The notes: a model not told the origin generated them from the sequence alone. 64,000 nt of DNA from the human T2T-CHM13v2.0 reference genome, Homo sapiens (GCF_009914755.1 NC_060927.1), one strand, 5' to 3'. Numbered from the stretch's first letter, positions 1 to 17,911 are shown. Made by a program: numbers and translations.

Positions 1-334
1 GTGATTCTTTTATGGCTAGCTCTGGTCCAAACGTTCCCTCCACGCACAGGCACTGGCTAAGCCCAGCATGGCTTTCTTCTCTACTATTGACAGGGCAGCA
101 CTGACATCAATGTAATGTTTTCCAGTTACTGTACTTTTCTTCCTCCTGGTGCAGACTCTTCATGCTGCATGGCCCCTGGTGGGAGATGAGGGAATGGTGG
201 CATTAAAAATTCAAAACTATCTTTCTGACCCTCCTCAATGCCTGTTTCAACAATATGAAATTAAAATCAGGTACTGAGATTACTCACCTGATTTTTTATT
301 CTCATGGTGGTGCTTTTCCATGTGCAGATAATTG

Positions 335-940
335 TGTAGGATATAATAAATTCCTCTTCAAAGGTTTTAGCCTGTAAATTGTAAAATACAATGAGTTCGG
401 AGATCCTCTGCAAGGAACCAATGTATCAGTATATTCACCTCCCCTGTTCTTTGTTCTTCATTTTAAAGTTTAACTTCCTCATTCACTTCATCTCCTTGCC
501 CCTAGTTTCAGAAAAAAAATCCTCCTATCCTCTATCACCTGCTCCATCCTGAGTCACCCCTGGTCACCTGCTCCATCCTGAGTCAACCCTGGTCACTTGC
601 TCTGACCTGAGTCATCCTGAGTCACCTGTTCTCTAAGTGCCCTTCCTGCCAAACTACTCACCCCACCACTCTGACTCGTACCCCTGCTCTGTTTAAAATA
701 GCCAGTCAGAATTAGCTTAGACTGTGTGGTCCAACCCTAGCCAATAGGGGAACAACACAGCAGTAGAGGCTACCTGTATCAGGAATAAAAAGACCTTCCA
801 CTCCTTGTTCAGGTGTGCTCTCACCATTGCTCCATCCGCGAGTTGCACCCTTCTATAGAAGTAAAAATTACCTTGATGAGAAAATTAAATTTATATTCGA
901 GTGCTATTTCTTTTGTGGCACTGAAAATTTATTTATAACA
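335..940 (+). mobile_element. Solo LTR, LTR10 family (HERV-I, ERV1)
   Basis: TG...CA termini; 4-bp TSD attg/gttg; starts 'tgtaggatataataaattcctcttcaaagg'; CCAAT at ~742; internal TGAGTCA repeats. Confidence 0.8.
550..624 (+). promoter_or_regulatory. Array of four perfect AP-1 motifs (TGAGTCA) in the LTR10 internal repeat
   Basis: TGAGTCA at 550, 579, 608, 618; motif seen, activity not shown. Confidence 0.6.
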
Positions 941-1014
941 GTTGTTAAAATTTGGTATTCCTAAGTGAAGTATGAATGTAGTAGCCTTTCATTCCTCCAC
1001 CTTGCTACACCCTC

Positions 1015-1355
1015 ATTTACTAGGATATTATTACATAAGCATGTTTAATTAAATCATTGGTCATATAATTAAACTTAATCTCTAATCCTCTTTCCCTTTC
1101 CTTGGAGGGTGGCAAGTAAAATAGCCATCTCTCTAAACATGTGCTTGGTCTTGCTGGGGTGTCCTGCCATTATCCTGAGACATTTTGTTAGCATAAACTA
1201 CCTGAGGACCACCCTGGATCACCTCATTAGCATAAATTATCAGGACCCACCACTTATAACAAAGAACTTCTATCACTCAGGAAATTCTAATGATTTAGGG
1301 TTTCCTTACTAAGAACTTGAAATATTTGCCAGTTATCTTCCTCATTATGCAACGT
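1015..1355 (-). mobile_element. MER21-like LTR fragment
   Basis: 'ctcattagcataaa' and 'aacaaagaacttctatcactcaggaaattct' resemble the MER21 family. Confidence 0.5.
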
Positions 1356-1359
1356 GTTT

Positions 1360-2560
1360 ATACAAGAAATGTATGGATGTTTCAGTATTAGAAAATCTAC
1401 TGATAGGATTCACTGAAATAACAGCTCTAAATAGGAAAATTTATAAAATTATCTTCATAGATTTTTAGATGCTGACAAAGACTTTTATCAGATTCAACAC
1501 ATATTCACTCTAATAACTCCTGGGAAAATAGGAATGGATGGCATATATCCACATAAATATGCACTTATGTGTATGATCTCTAAAATTAACTTGTGATTTT
1601 AATCCAATTCCAGTGAGTTTTCACATTGAGCTAGACAAATTGATCTTAAAGTTTATATGGAAAAAAAAGTGTTGGGAGGCAGATTCAAGTATCTTTGTGC
1701 AAACATTTGTCTTTTCAAAGCATGTTTTTGTGCCATATATTTAAAAATAAAATTAAAGCAATAAGAATAAAAAGTGGAGAAAACTAGTAGTACAGAAAAG
1801 AAACTTAAAACAGTGAACCTAATAGTATTTCCAATTCTATTAGTCCATTTTTATGCTGTTGATAAAGACATACTGGAGACTGGGCAATTTACAAAAGAAA
1901 GAGGTTTAATTGGACTTACAGCTCGACGTGGCTGAAGAAGCCTCACGATCATGGCGGAAGGCAAGGAGGAACAAGTCACGTGTTATCTGAATGGCAGCAG
2001 GCAAAGAGAGGGCTTGTGCAGGGAAATTTCCTTTTTTAAAAACCATTAGATCTTGAGAGACTTATTTACTATAATGAGAAGAGCATGAGCAAAGACCCGC
2101 CCCCATGATTCAGTCTTCTTCCACTAGGTCCCTCCCACAACATGTAGGAATTATGGGATCTACAAGATGAGATTTGGGTGGGGACACAGAGCCAACCCGT
2201 ATCACCAATGGATATTATATTTATACTGAAGAGAAAGAGATAGTTAATGGGAAATAACACATGCATTCAATCTATGACTCTATAACATTAGGCTTGGGTA
2301 GGGGCAGCAGAGGCAAATAATTGCAAGCAATGTATATTCTCTTAAGTGGTTTGCTTACCTTGGTGGTATAGGTGAAGCAATTTTTAAACTATTTTATATG
2401 CATTATAGAATTCAACAAATGAATGAATATGTTGATGATGTTATGAACCAGGATTCTCACTACAAAAGCATAGCAGAAAGAAGGTTAAAGATAAAAAAGG
2501 AAACATTGTGAGCTAGATTAGATTTGGGGGTATAGGTGAAGACTCATGCTGTCAAAAATT
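1360..2560 (+). mobile_element. Ancient L1 (L1MC/MD-like) ORF2 and 3' UTR fragments, interrupted by THE1
   Basis: 'gatgctgacaaagacttttatcagattcaacac' is a decayed [11 protein letters not shown]; 'ctagacaaattgatcttaaagtttatatggaaaa'. Confidence 0.55.
1836..2204 (-). mobile_element. THE1 (THE1B-like) solo LTR, MaLR
   Basis: 'tattagtccattt..gataaagacatac..gatttgggtggggacacagagccaa..atca'; perfect 5-bp TSD CCAAT (1831-1835, 2205-2209). Confidence 0.92.
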
Positions 2561-2625
2561 TACATATGTCGATTCATATATTTGTATTTACATGTAAGTA
2601 TATGTGCATGTGTGTATACATGCAT

Positions 2626-2927
2626 ATATTTTCTATATGTATCTATATGTATGCACATACATATAGAAAATATGTATATATATACATATAGAAAATACGT
2701 ATGTACATATATACGTACATATAGAAAATACGTATGTACATATATACGTACATATAGAAAATACGTATGTACATATATACATACATATAGAAAATACGTA
2801 TGTACATATATACATACGTATAGAAAATACGTATCTACATATATAAATACATATAGAAAATACGTATCTACATATATACCTACATATAGAAAATACATAT
2901 GTACATATACATACATATAGAAAATAC
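2626..2927. repeat. 33-bp AT-rich minisatellite, about 7 copies
   Basis: Unit catatagaaaatacgtatgtacatatatacgta; GAAAA at 2691, 2724, 2757, 2790, 2823, 2856, 2889. Confidence 0.92.
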
Positions 2928-3874
2928 AGACTGTGGAATCTTGATAAAAGCTAAATTCATCATTATGTCAGCATTTCCAAACTTTCATAAGAATATGTCT
3001 CTGTATTTATTTCCTCTACCTATAATCTACTTTACCCTCAAAAACTTAACACAGGGTCATTTGTTCAATAAAGTCATTTGCCTTCCTGAGCCCTAGGCAA
3101 ATAGGGCTGCTTCAATGCTGAGTTTCTTCTGAGTGCTTTGTTTCTTTCTGTTAGTAATAATACAAAATGAATATAAAATATGATGTCTTTATAGCATACC
3201 CTTCCCCCATCCTCTACCAATGGTCTCAAAATGTTCTCAAATTATATTATGTACAAAAATCCCTGAGGCAAAATACGAGACAAAAGGAATCACAGCAACA
3301 ACGCTTTCTGATTTAGTATTTTTTAGATGGGGATCAGAAATATGCACTTTTAGAACTGCCTGTGGGAGTCCCTGATTTTGGTCCACCGAATGCTCAGGAA
3401 AAATTTACCCTCATATATAAAGTACAAACTTTTTTATCCCTACACTTCTTGAGACAATAAAAGGACATAATAAATATTTAATACAATTGTTTCCTAAATA
3501 CAACATTTTTAACAACAAAGTTTTCTGATTTACAAATATAAAAGCTACAGATGAATTATTTATTTATTTACAAGAAGGGTACATATTTTTGTCAGTGATA
3601 ATCTGTTTTTGCCATATATGCACATATAATAATGATATGGTAAGCCTTGGACTAATACGGTCTATTAAATAAATGTGTCACAAAATAGCACACACTCAAT
3701 ATATTCACTCCCAATATGCCTTGTACCTCCAAGTACAAAGAAAGTTTTTGGGAACAATGTAAGCTCCATTTGTCTGCAGGTTTCTTGACTTTAGGTAGGG
3801 TACTTTTTAAGGCATTCATTTAAAAGATCTTTAATTGGTTTGAGAACTGGGGCTTCTGTATGGAAGTGTGACAA

Positions 3875-4143
3875 ATTATTATAACCATGAGGGCTTAAGA
3901 CAACATTAATTTATTATCTTATAACCCTGGAGGTCAGAATCTAACTTTGACTCTCTTGCCTCCCTTTTCTGTATTTAAGGATCCCTGTGATTACATAATC
4001 CAGGATAATCTACCTATCTTAAGTTAAGATCTTTAATCACATTTTTAAGTCACCTTTGTCTTATAAAGCAGCTATTCACAGGTTCTGGAAATTAAATTAT
4101 GCACATATTTGGGAGGAGTGAGGGCATAATTCTTCCTACCAAA
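3875..4143 (-). mobile_element. MLT1 LTR fragment (MaLR)
   Basis: 'ctggaggtcagaa', 'aaggatccctgtgattacat..aatccaggataatct', 'attcacaggttctgg'. Confidence 0.7.
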
Positions 4144-5434
4144 CCAAACTGAATTATGTAAGTATTCATTAGACAATGTGGGACCCTGAAAATTACTGCA
4201 AAATAAAGTTATCACAATATGGTGTGTGTATTATTTGTTTTAACAAAAAGAAAGAAAAAGAAAAAAAATACAACTTGGCTTCAAATTTAACTTAGAATAC
4301 TTTATGAATAAATTCTAGGTAACACATTATCCTTGGTGAAAACTAACATAATACATTATTTGGAGATTTCTATTTGTCTATGCTATTTGTATTTCGTGGG
4401 TCGGTTATATCAAATAACTGCACCCTTAAATGAAGAGTAAAACTTAGATATCAGCTTGTTGTGAATTTTAGTATGTCATTTAGTGACAAATATGAGAGTT
4501 CTTTGATGAAATGGCATTAAAGTATAAGTAAGGGATTGTATTGCCCATATAAATTATGATTGGGGCCAGTTTAATTTTTTCTGGTGTTACATATGAATGA
4601 GAAAATGGGTGATAGCATTTTTATGAGGTCACGAAGTGTCTGTTGTTGAATAATGACTATGAATAAATATTCTATCAACAGAATTTTAATCGTCCTCCTG
4701 TTCTACTTTGAAGGAATCACTTTGGTAATGGATAGGTACTTACTACTTATCATTTCATTGCAGGACTCACTTTAAAACACAGTTGACCATTTAATAGCCA
4801 GCTTATATTTTAATTCATTTTATATTAAAAAGTAGATTATCTCCTTGCTACCTTTTTGTCATGAATCACTTGGTATGATTGACACAACTGTGTAATGAAT
4901 AAAATACAATGTGATGAACACACATCAGACAGAACAATAATTAATAAAGTAGGATTACTATATCATATGTTTTTGTATGTGAAATATTGTATTATATTAT
5001 AAATATCATATTATATTATGAACTGTAAATCCTACTTTATCTGATGGGGTGCTGGAAGATGATGTCAAAGGGATCAGGTAAAGAAAAACAGGAAGTGAGT
5101 TCTATGGTTGTAGCACTTAGAGAGGATAGGTTTTCTCTGCAAGAGCTGCCTCAGATGCAGTTAGGTACTAAGGAACTTTCTTAGAAAGACCTTCACTACC
5201 TAATACAATTCAGGCTAAACTGGCTGATAATTACATTTACACTTGCAGAATGAGGATATAGAATATTTGTTACAGAAGGAGGCTGAAAAAATATGAAATA
5301 ATTATGGTAAGAAAAAGATTTCAACTAGTTATGAAGGAAAGAACAACATTTCACTTACTTGGGGACCTTGTAACTGTCTTCAAATATTCTTTGCCTATTG
5401 CTTTACAGAATCAATCTTGATGAATCAAGGTGGA

Positions 5435-5630
5435 CAATAAAAAGAACATGGGTTCTGGATTCAGATAGCACTAATGTGATTCCTGGTTCTGTCACTCATA
5501 CTATGAAACCTTCTTAAACTTTCTAAGACTCTGTTCTCTGTGCTGTACCATAGGAATGACCTTACCCACATTACAGATTATTGTGAGGATTGAGTTACAT
5601 GTGTAAAACATGTAAGATTACCTGGCAAAG
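5435..5630 (+). mobile_element. MIR
   Basis: 'ttctggattcagatag..attcctggttctgtcactcat..attattgtgaggattgag..cctggca'. Confidence 0.65.
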
Positions 5631-5879
5631 AGGGAGTAGAGGGCTGAAACAATTAGAACTATTTGAATTATCTTTTCCTCCCAACTAGCTTCTTCAGTTT
5701 GATTTTTAATCATGTTTGTGCTTTTTTTTCATTCTGAAGACATTTTCCCTAGTCTGTGATCTCCCAATGAGTTATCTTATTTCTCTTATAACTTTCATTA
5801 CTAAGATCCTCGTAAGATTAGTCTTCCTCCTTACCATCTTCTCCTTATCCTTTGAAATCTGTAGCTCGCTCTCATCTTG

Positions 5880-7170
<1,291 letters not shown>

Positions 7171-7828
7171 GATATAAAATTAGAAAAGCCTTAGACCTAA
7201 TTATATGATTTGGTTAGAGTAAATATAATCTTTGACAATTCAGGAAACAGTCACATGGAGTTGTGAGGGAGGACAAGAACATCTGCCTAGAAAGTCAGAT
7301 GACTTAAATAATACTTAATAATCAATGAAGTGACAGATGTTGTAACCTAATTGCTCTCTTATTTTGGAACAAGATATAGTCATAATACTTTTTTAATATT
7401 AAAAATGTAAGTTAATGATACTGTCTATTAAAGCTATGTAAATATTGTTAAAATATAAACACAGAAGCTAATTAATTTCATATGTTATAATTGCGAAGGA
7501 ATCCAATATCAGTGTTTAAATATCAATGGTTAATATATGCAAATAGTAGATACTTTTTGAAATATGTGGCTATAGATTCTTAGGATAGCTTAAAATTTTA
7601 CCATGATTTAAAACAAGAAAGATCAATGTATTAGACTAAAGTGACTTAGTTCCAAAGTATGCATTTTATGGAACACAAGATTCACAAAATCCCCTTTAGA
7701 ATGTTATAGATTTAAAAATCATTCACCTTTATTTTACTACAAATTACTATAGAATATTATTGATAAGATATTCTATTTCATTTTAGCAGACAAGCCTTCA
7801 ATATATAAACATCTTTTAAGTAAAATGG

Positions 7829-7856
7829 CTCCATCTCAAAAAAAAAAAAAAAAAAA
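7829..7856 (+). mobile_element. Extremely 5'-truncated Alu (9 nt plus A19)
   Basis: 'ctccatctc'+A19 flanked by aagtaaaatgg (7818-7828) and aagaaaaatgg (7855-7865), preceded by TTTT. Confidence 0.6.
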
Positions 7857-9229
7857 GAAAAATGGGTGAAAATGAGTACTTTTAAAAAATTGTATGCCTT
7901 TTTATTCTCATTAACAATCATATCCTCTTTATTTTTCTTTCATTTTCAAAATAATAGAAAGGTCTGCCTCCATTGTGTTACAAATGTCTTATTCTTTATC
8001 CTCGTAAGATATAGACCTTCCCTACTTGAGATTGACAAGAATATTGAGACTTAACTAGTCCAGGAAAAAATAATAGTGTCTTAGCCTTTGATCCCTGGGT
8101 ATTACCATCATTGCTTTTCTTCTTCTAATGCTCACTGACACTTTGGAGTCTTCCCTAGGTCTTCTGGTCACTTGAAGCTTCTGGCCTATCAAGCTCACAA
8201 GTGGGCTCGCAGACTGGCATCTGGCTCTTTGCTTATGTTTTCACCTATCAAGAATCTATTTACTTACTTTCTCTGCATCTCGTCAAAGGAATCCGTGGTC
8301 TTAGAGTTTGGCAATGCTCCCATGTTAGGTGGCAGGTTATAGTGGTGTTTTATTATAGACCTAAATGTTCCTACTTACTTCCGGTAATCATTATTTTGTT
8401 ACTTTTTTTAGACTCCTTTTCTCCCTCTTCCTCTGTCCCACTTACATATTGCCAGGGCAAGTAGGTATGGGTAAGTATAATCATTTGCAGCTCTGATGTA
8501 TGAACCCTTTCCAAAATTCAATTTGCAAGCCTAAGATTTTGAAAAATACTTTAGAGATTTTTCTTAAAAATGTCTGCTAGAAATACTTATTTTAAAAATT
8601 ATTCCATCTAATGGGAGGGGATGGTAACTTGGTTTTTGTCTCAGTTATGTCTTATGAATTGTTCCATCCTCCCCAGCAGAGCAATGCCCATCCAATTTTT
8701 ATTGTGAGTCTCAACTCCCTCCCCATCTTCACACATTTTCAGTAGATGCCTTATCTTTCCAATGGCAGATTAAGATGGGATATTGGATTACTCTTGCCTC
8801 AGCAGTTCCCTTGTAGGTGTCCTGAGGATAAGTATGCTATCAAACATCCTGGAAGTCTGTAAATAGAAACCAGTGAGTTAAATACCTTTATATGTCTCCT
8901 TTTGCTCTATATTGCGAGGATATTAGCCCTTCAACATTATGCTTTCCTTATTTTTGGAAGTGAGTAGCTATTTCATCTTGTTCTATTTTTTCCCAATTTA
9001 ATAACTGGAAGACTATGGCAATGGGGTAAGGAGAGTATTTAGTTCTTCTAGAGCAAGATTGGAGTCAATACTGCCTTTAAATCAGTCACTGCCCATCTGT
9101 AATCTGAATGATACACCAACTGAAATTAGGGATGCCCCTTTTGTGTCCTCATAATCATTCTTTATATCTTAAATATACTTTAATACACTTTCAGTTGTTC
9201 TCGGGCGACTGTTGAGAATGCTGACTCTC

Positions 9230-9536
<307 letters not shown>

Positions 9537-12500
9537 TCACTGGTGATCTTCCTTTGCTAAACCCCAGGTCTAATGTGCTTAGGTATTCATACAAACCTAC
9601 TAGTCATCAAATAAATATGGAAAACATCCCACATAAAATATCCCTTTTATGGAGTTTTATAACATACATTAGAATCAGAAATCCTCTAAACAAACCTGTG
9701 GTAAAGAAATCTGCTTAACTTTGTTTCACACTCTCTCTCAAAGTTATTTTACCCTAGCATTTTTTTGTTTTCTAAATAATAGCTCATAAAACTATGATTC
9801 TATAGAACAAATTCTAAGAAATACCGCATTCACTAGTAAATCGAGAGGTTTAATTTAGGGGAAAGAAAAATTTGGAACAGACAATGGAATAATGAAGACT
9901 ATAGAAGAGTAGTGTGATCAGCTAAAAAAAACTCACACATTCAACTCTTCCATCCTTTTCATTTCTTTGCAAGTCTCACCCTGCTGCTGCCCAGCAGATG
10001 TCAAAATGAGCAGGAAAACCACATTGCTATACAGAGATTCCTTAATGGCAAGCTCTTGCTTCCCTAAGACTAGGTCAGGGACAATATAATCAAAATAGAA
10101 GTTTAAAATACTTTTTGTGTTTTTTTGCTTTTCAATACAAAGCATCAGTTTATTTAAGATTCCTAGCTATTCATATGCCGACCATACAGTATAAAAACCC
10201 TGAAAACCTGTATTAACTCATGGATTATTTTCATTTTTAACAGCAACTTAAAGCAGGAAAAAATTTACTTGATTGTTCATCCCATACTACACTGTCATAG
10301 TTGCTCATAAATAAAAGCGTGATATTTTATTAATCAAACTACTTTGGGAAATAAAAAATGCATGAAATAGAAATCAAAATTTCCAAGACAAAAGGACATG
10401 TAATTTATTATTGTAATAGAATAAATTAAATGCTTTCTAAACTTTCTTATTTCAAATTGTAAAGTTACTCTTATTGAGCTTCTGAACAATTGATCTGTAG
10501 CCTTCAAATTTTATCCTATTATGTCATCTTAAACATGCACATTACAGGGTCATCCTTTTTGGTGATGCCTATTAGTTCCATCTCTTTGTGGAACAATCCA
10601 TTATAATGAACTCATGCTATCATTTCACCTTCAACCCCCAAGGACTGTCTGCTTTATGAACTCTGCTTTGAAGCTACACCTTCATTTCCTTCTGTTTTTT
10701 TTTTTCCCCCGGTCAAATTCTAAATTTAATTTAAAGTAGCAAAGAAAGATTAAGCTATTTGCATTTTAATTTTAATTCTCATTAATATTTTCATTTTATA
10801 AAATAGTTACTTGTTCAAAGTAACTGAAATTTTGGACAATGGCAATCTTTCAGAGGGAGAGTGGAGTGATTCTTTTCCAATTAATTTTTATTTTTCATTC
10901 CTGCCTCTTCAGAATTATGTCACATCTTTTTGTAGTCTAGGGAGGAATGCTGTAGCTAACATGTGATTTAAGGTGTTTATGCTGATTGCTTAGTGAAAGA
11001 GTAAACTTTGAGTTAAGTATTAAAATATGTACTGTTATATAACATTTAAAAGGCTCCCAAAATATATTTTGCAAGTTATTCCTCAATACACCACCACAAA
11101 CTTTGCAATCTGAGATAACTTCCTTTCTTTCCATACATTTTAATTCAATTTAATCCATCAGACACAAAATAAATTTACACTGACTACTATCATGCATTTC
11201 TTTAGGTGCAGGGATATCAAAAGTACTTAAATCTACTGCTGCCTCTAAGGCTTTCCAGGTTATAAAAAATAGATTGATGTGTAAATAAATAATTGCAATT
11301 TTATGTAATGAGTTCTAAAACAGATACATACATTTAATACAGGATCACAGAATTGGAAAACCCAATACCACTTTCCCTCAGGAATAGTTATCAAGAAGAG
11401 GTCACTGTAGACCTAAGACTTGAAGAAAATTCCATATTATTTACAATCTTCTGACTCACTTCAAATATTCTGCAGAATCTAGACCCAGTATAATGTGTGT
11501 TAGTGGACATGGATGGCATTCAGTAGAGAGCTTATGTTTCAGAACAGCTACAGATAATGAAAGAGGACTCATTAGGAGTCTAAGAGCAAACAACTTATAA
11601 AACTAGTAATGAAAAAATACTTTTTCCCTATAAATGTCTAAAATAAAATCTGTTTTATATTTCACATTTCAAAATGACAACTGTATATCTTCATCACTTT
11701 CAAACATTATGCCAAAGTCTTAGAGCACTTCCAACATAGAGAAGAAAGTTTAATTTTCTGAATCATCACTGTGATTACCATTATAATATCAAATTAAGGA
11801 ATTCTATCATTTAGTTGTATTTGATTGGATAATATAATTTTTATATTATGACAGCTTTATAAATTCATATAAATCTATTAAATCTTTTTTATTCTGAAAG
11901 ACTATGTTTTCATGTAAAATACAAAATATATATTATAAAACTTAAATGAACTAAAACAAAATATTTCTCTCATAATACTGGTCTTAACAAACAGTATTAT
12001 GTTTCTTAACAGTAAGAATTTGAGGCAAATTCACAGAACAATGCTCAGTACTCAATTATGTATTGTTCCTGAACACATTGCGCAGATTTATTTATCCTTA
12101 GTATCTTTAGATATATTCTTTCTTATTCTGGAAATTTCTCACCATCAAGTATCTTTAGACATACTCTTTCTTCTTGTGTAAAGTTCTCACCATCAATCTA
12201 TCAGCTAAAGCCCTGTCTATTTTTCAAGTTTTCATTAAATATAGCTCTGTTTGGAAAGCCAAGAGCTTGAGCATCTCCTTCCATTGTTAATCACTACCTA
12301 CGTAATACTTCCTCTGAAACTTGCTCTTATTTAGTATTTCTGTTTGTACTTTCTCACTTTTTATTTTTGCTTACAGATTTACCTCATCTTGTTTTGTTTG
12401 TGTTTCTATTACTATCAACTAGCAAAATGCTGATAGATTATAGGTACTAATATTTCAATGGAAGAGTGGAGGGCAAAGTACAGAGAGTAGAAATTAAATG

Positions 12501-13250
12501 TAAATTATTAGAAGTAACACTGTAAGGGCTGTTCAGATTAGATGCTTTGATAATTTAAGGTAGACTTTACAAATACCAGTCACTTGTATATGTCTATATG
12601 TTTATATATCATTTATCCTAGCTTTATGTTCTTCATTCATTAAATCATAAAGTTTATATTTCTTGTTCCAATGTTATGCTTACAAAGCATTTTATTGCTC
12701 CAATTTGGCTTCTTGTGTCTTTTTCATAAAATGAACAATATATGCTAGTAGGAGAAGCTAAGTTCTGTTCCATTAACAGGGATTTTATAGTAAATTAAAT
12801 CTATCTATATTTTGTTTTATTACAGGCGAAACTCATACACAATCCTTGCTTGTGTGACATGTGTGTATTAGAAACATGCAGTTTCTCTCTTACACTTTAA
12901 GGTAGTGATGCTTATTTATAGGTGCTGTAGTAAAAAGCAATATAATTGAATGTATCAAGAGTTTCAGTTCTTCATTGTTTAGGGACATTTCATCTTATGT
13001 TTCCTTCATTTCTACTTCTACCCGATATCAATACCAAATTGTAGCAAAGCAGGATCCAAAAGCAAAACTTTTCAACGGTAATCCCATTGAGCTATTCCCT
13101 AGTGTTGCCACATTAGTATTGTTCACTCACTCATGTATTTCTTCATTCAGAAAATTAAGATACCATCACAATATCAATGTGGTAATAATCTAGTAGAATA
13201 AGGAACTAAAATATGTTGGATGCCATGTTAGAAAGGTTCATGTGATACAC

Positions 13251-15887
<2,637 letters not shown>

Positions 15888-16309
15888 TACAGTGAGGGTA
15901 CAAGGGAGATTTACTATTTCTATTCGTGGAAGATGGGGTAAATGTGAGTAAATATTAACAGCAATGACAGTTTAATAATGGTTTAGAAAAGAAGTAAATG
16001 AGGAAATTCCAGCTCCATAATAAGATACATTCTGTAATCATGATGCAAACGCTATTATGACTTCAGGGAACTCATTGTAAATGATATCAGGTTTTCACCA
16101 CCATATTTCAAGATGGTTGCTTAAATTGTAATTACTGCTCTCCAGAGGTGTTCTAACATTCTTAGCTCTGCAGGTATAGGTGTGTAGAAAAAATAACCTT
16201 TCTTTTAATTGTCTTTTTTTCATTCCATTCTTTTATGAGATGATGAACTATAATTTTCAAAATAAACTTTACTTAGAAACTAAGGAAGAATAAAACAAAA
16301 AGAATACAC

Positions 16310-17230
16310 ATACAGATGTAAGTAAATGACTCCAGTGTTGCTTCATATCAGTATATGTAACTACTTAACAATTCCCCCAGGTTGTCTAATCATAATTTTA
16401 ACCAAAAATTTCCAAACCAGAAGTCTTAATTTCCAAAGCCAATCTATCATTTCTTAAGTCACAAATATAGGAATCATCCTTGATTCTCCCATTTCTGGAG
16501 CCCGTGTATAATTCATTAACAAGTTCACAAGCTCTTTCTCCTAAATCTCAAATTCCTTCCACTTCTCTCTACCTCCATGGCCCTACCCTTAACCAGATAT
16601 CATCTGGACAACTGTATTATCCCCAAAATTGGTTTCAATGGAATAATCTTCTCATCACCATTCCCTAAAATGCATTCACACAGAAGTTAGAGAACTTATT
16701 TTTAAAATATAATATTAGATGAGTTTCCTTTAAAAAGTATTTAGAGGTTTCTCCATTGCTTGTCAAATTAAATCTAAACTGATTACCAGGACCTATAAGA
16801 TTCTCTTACATTTGTTTCCTGCTGATGCCTTCAGCTAAAGTTACAGAAATATCCACTCACTGACTATATTCCAACCACACCGTCCTTCTCCATGATCCTG
16901 CAATAGCTTTTACATCTTGTGATTTTGCACTAGCTTTTGTCTTCTTTGGTTGCTCTTTCTCAGTTTTGCCCTTGGTTGCTTTATTCCCAGGGTCACTATT
17001 AACTCATCCTATTTACTCTGTTTACAAAACATAGCACATTTTGGAACCATCTTATTTATACACTTGTTCAATTTTGTCCCTCACTATAATATAAGCTACC
17101 CAAGGAAAGGTCAGAATATTTTTGTTTACCACCAGGTCCCCAGCATTCTTCATGATATCTGATAAGGTTATCAGTAAGGATATCCTTATCTAGTAAAGAT
17201 AATATAAATATTCATTTAGTGAAATTATGT
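16310..17230 (+). mobile_element. L2 fragments
   Basis: 'ggaatcatccttgattctc', 'tctccattgcttg..ttaaatctaaact', 'ctataatataagctacccaaggaaagg'. Confidence 0.5.
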
Positions 17231-17667
17231 ATTAATGAGCTAAGATATTTTACTTTGAGATGTTTACTATTTGCCTTGTCTTACTAAATATAGTTTTATA
17301 TTTCTTTCCTCCACAAATGCCTCTGTTTTATAAGGGAGATTAACTTACTTATGTAGCTAATATAGGATGGATGGTTTCAGGTAGAAAATGTGGATTCTAC
17401 TAGTAAGAGTCTCAATTTCTTGGAGACCTGTTTTTCATTTTGTTTCCTAGAAGTAGACACCAGACTGTATCCTCTGGTGTCAAACTTTGCTTCACTACTA
17501 TTCTAACTTGATTTCTGAAGGCCTTGCCACTTCTGGGCCAATTCAGTAGAAGAAGCATCTACCACTTAGAGCCAGGATTCCTCTCCAAGCAGTTCAGCTA
17601 AATCCTTGTGCACAGCTTAACCTCTTTCCATTTCAGGCCTTACTTACTGAGAATTTCTAGGTATTCA

Positions 17668-17737
17668 TTAGGTCGGTGCAAAAGCAATTGCGGTTTTGCC
17701 ATTACTTTTAATGCAATTACTGCAATTACCAACCTAA
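17668..17737. mobile_element. MADE1 (Hsmar1-derived MITE), right arm partly deleted
   Basis: 'ttaggtcggtgcaaaagcaattgcggttttgccattacttttaatg..accaacctaa' followed by TA. Confidence 0.88.
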
Positions 17738-17911
17738 TAACTTTTACCCCCAATTTCTTTAAGGTCAAAAAAAGAGTAAAACTTCTTTTTGTGTTCTGCC
17801 TTCCAGAACAAAGTCATTTACCTATGTGATGATCAATAACCTTTAACATTTAATTTTCAACCCCACCTGATTCTCACGCATTCTAAGTAACTTTTGCTCA
17901 AATGAATAATT

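Larger units (their letters stand above)
1..1012 (-). mobile_element. Old L1 (L1MA/PB-type) 5' UTR remnant, interrupted by LTR10 at 335-940
   Basis: 'ctcacctgatttttt..ggtgctttt..gcagata' (283-330) continues after the LTR as 'gttgttaaaatttggtattcct..ttcattcctccaccttgct', resembling an antisense L1 5' end. Confidence 0.6.

Noticed and set aside
2546-2920. ORFs with TYRKYVCTYIR repeats, or a CRISPR-like array
   Set aside because: Translation of a 33-bp minisatellite (multiple of 3); units are contiguous with no spacers
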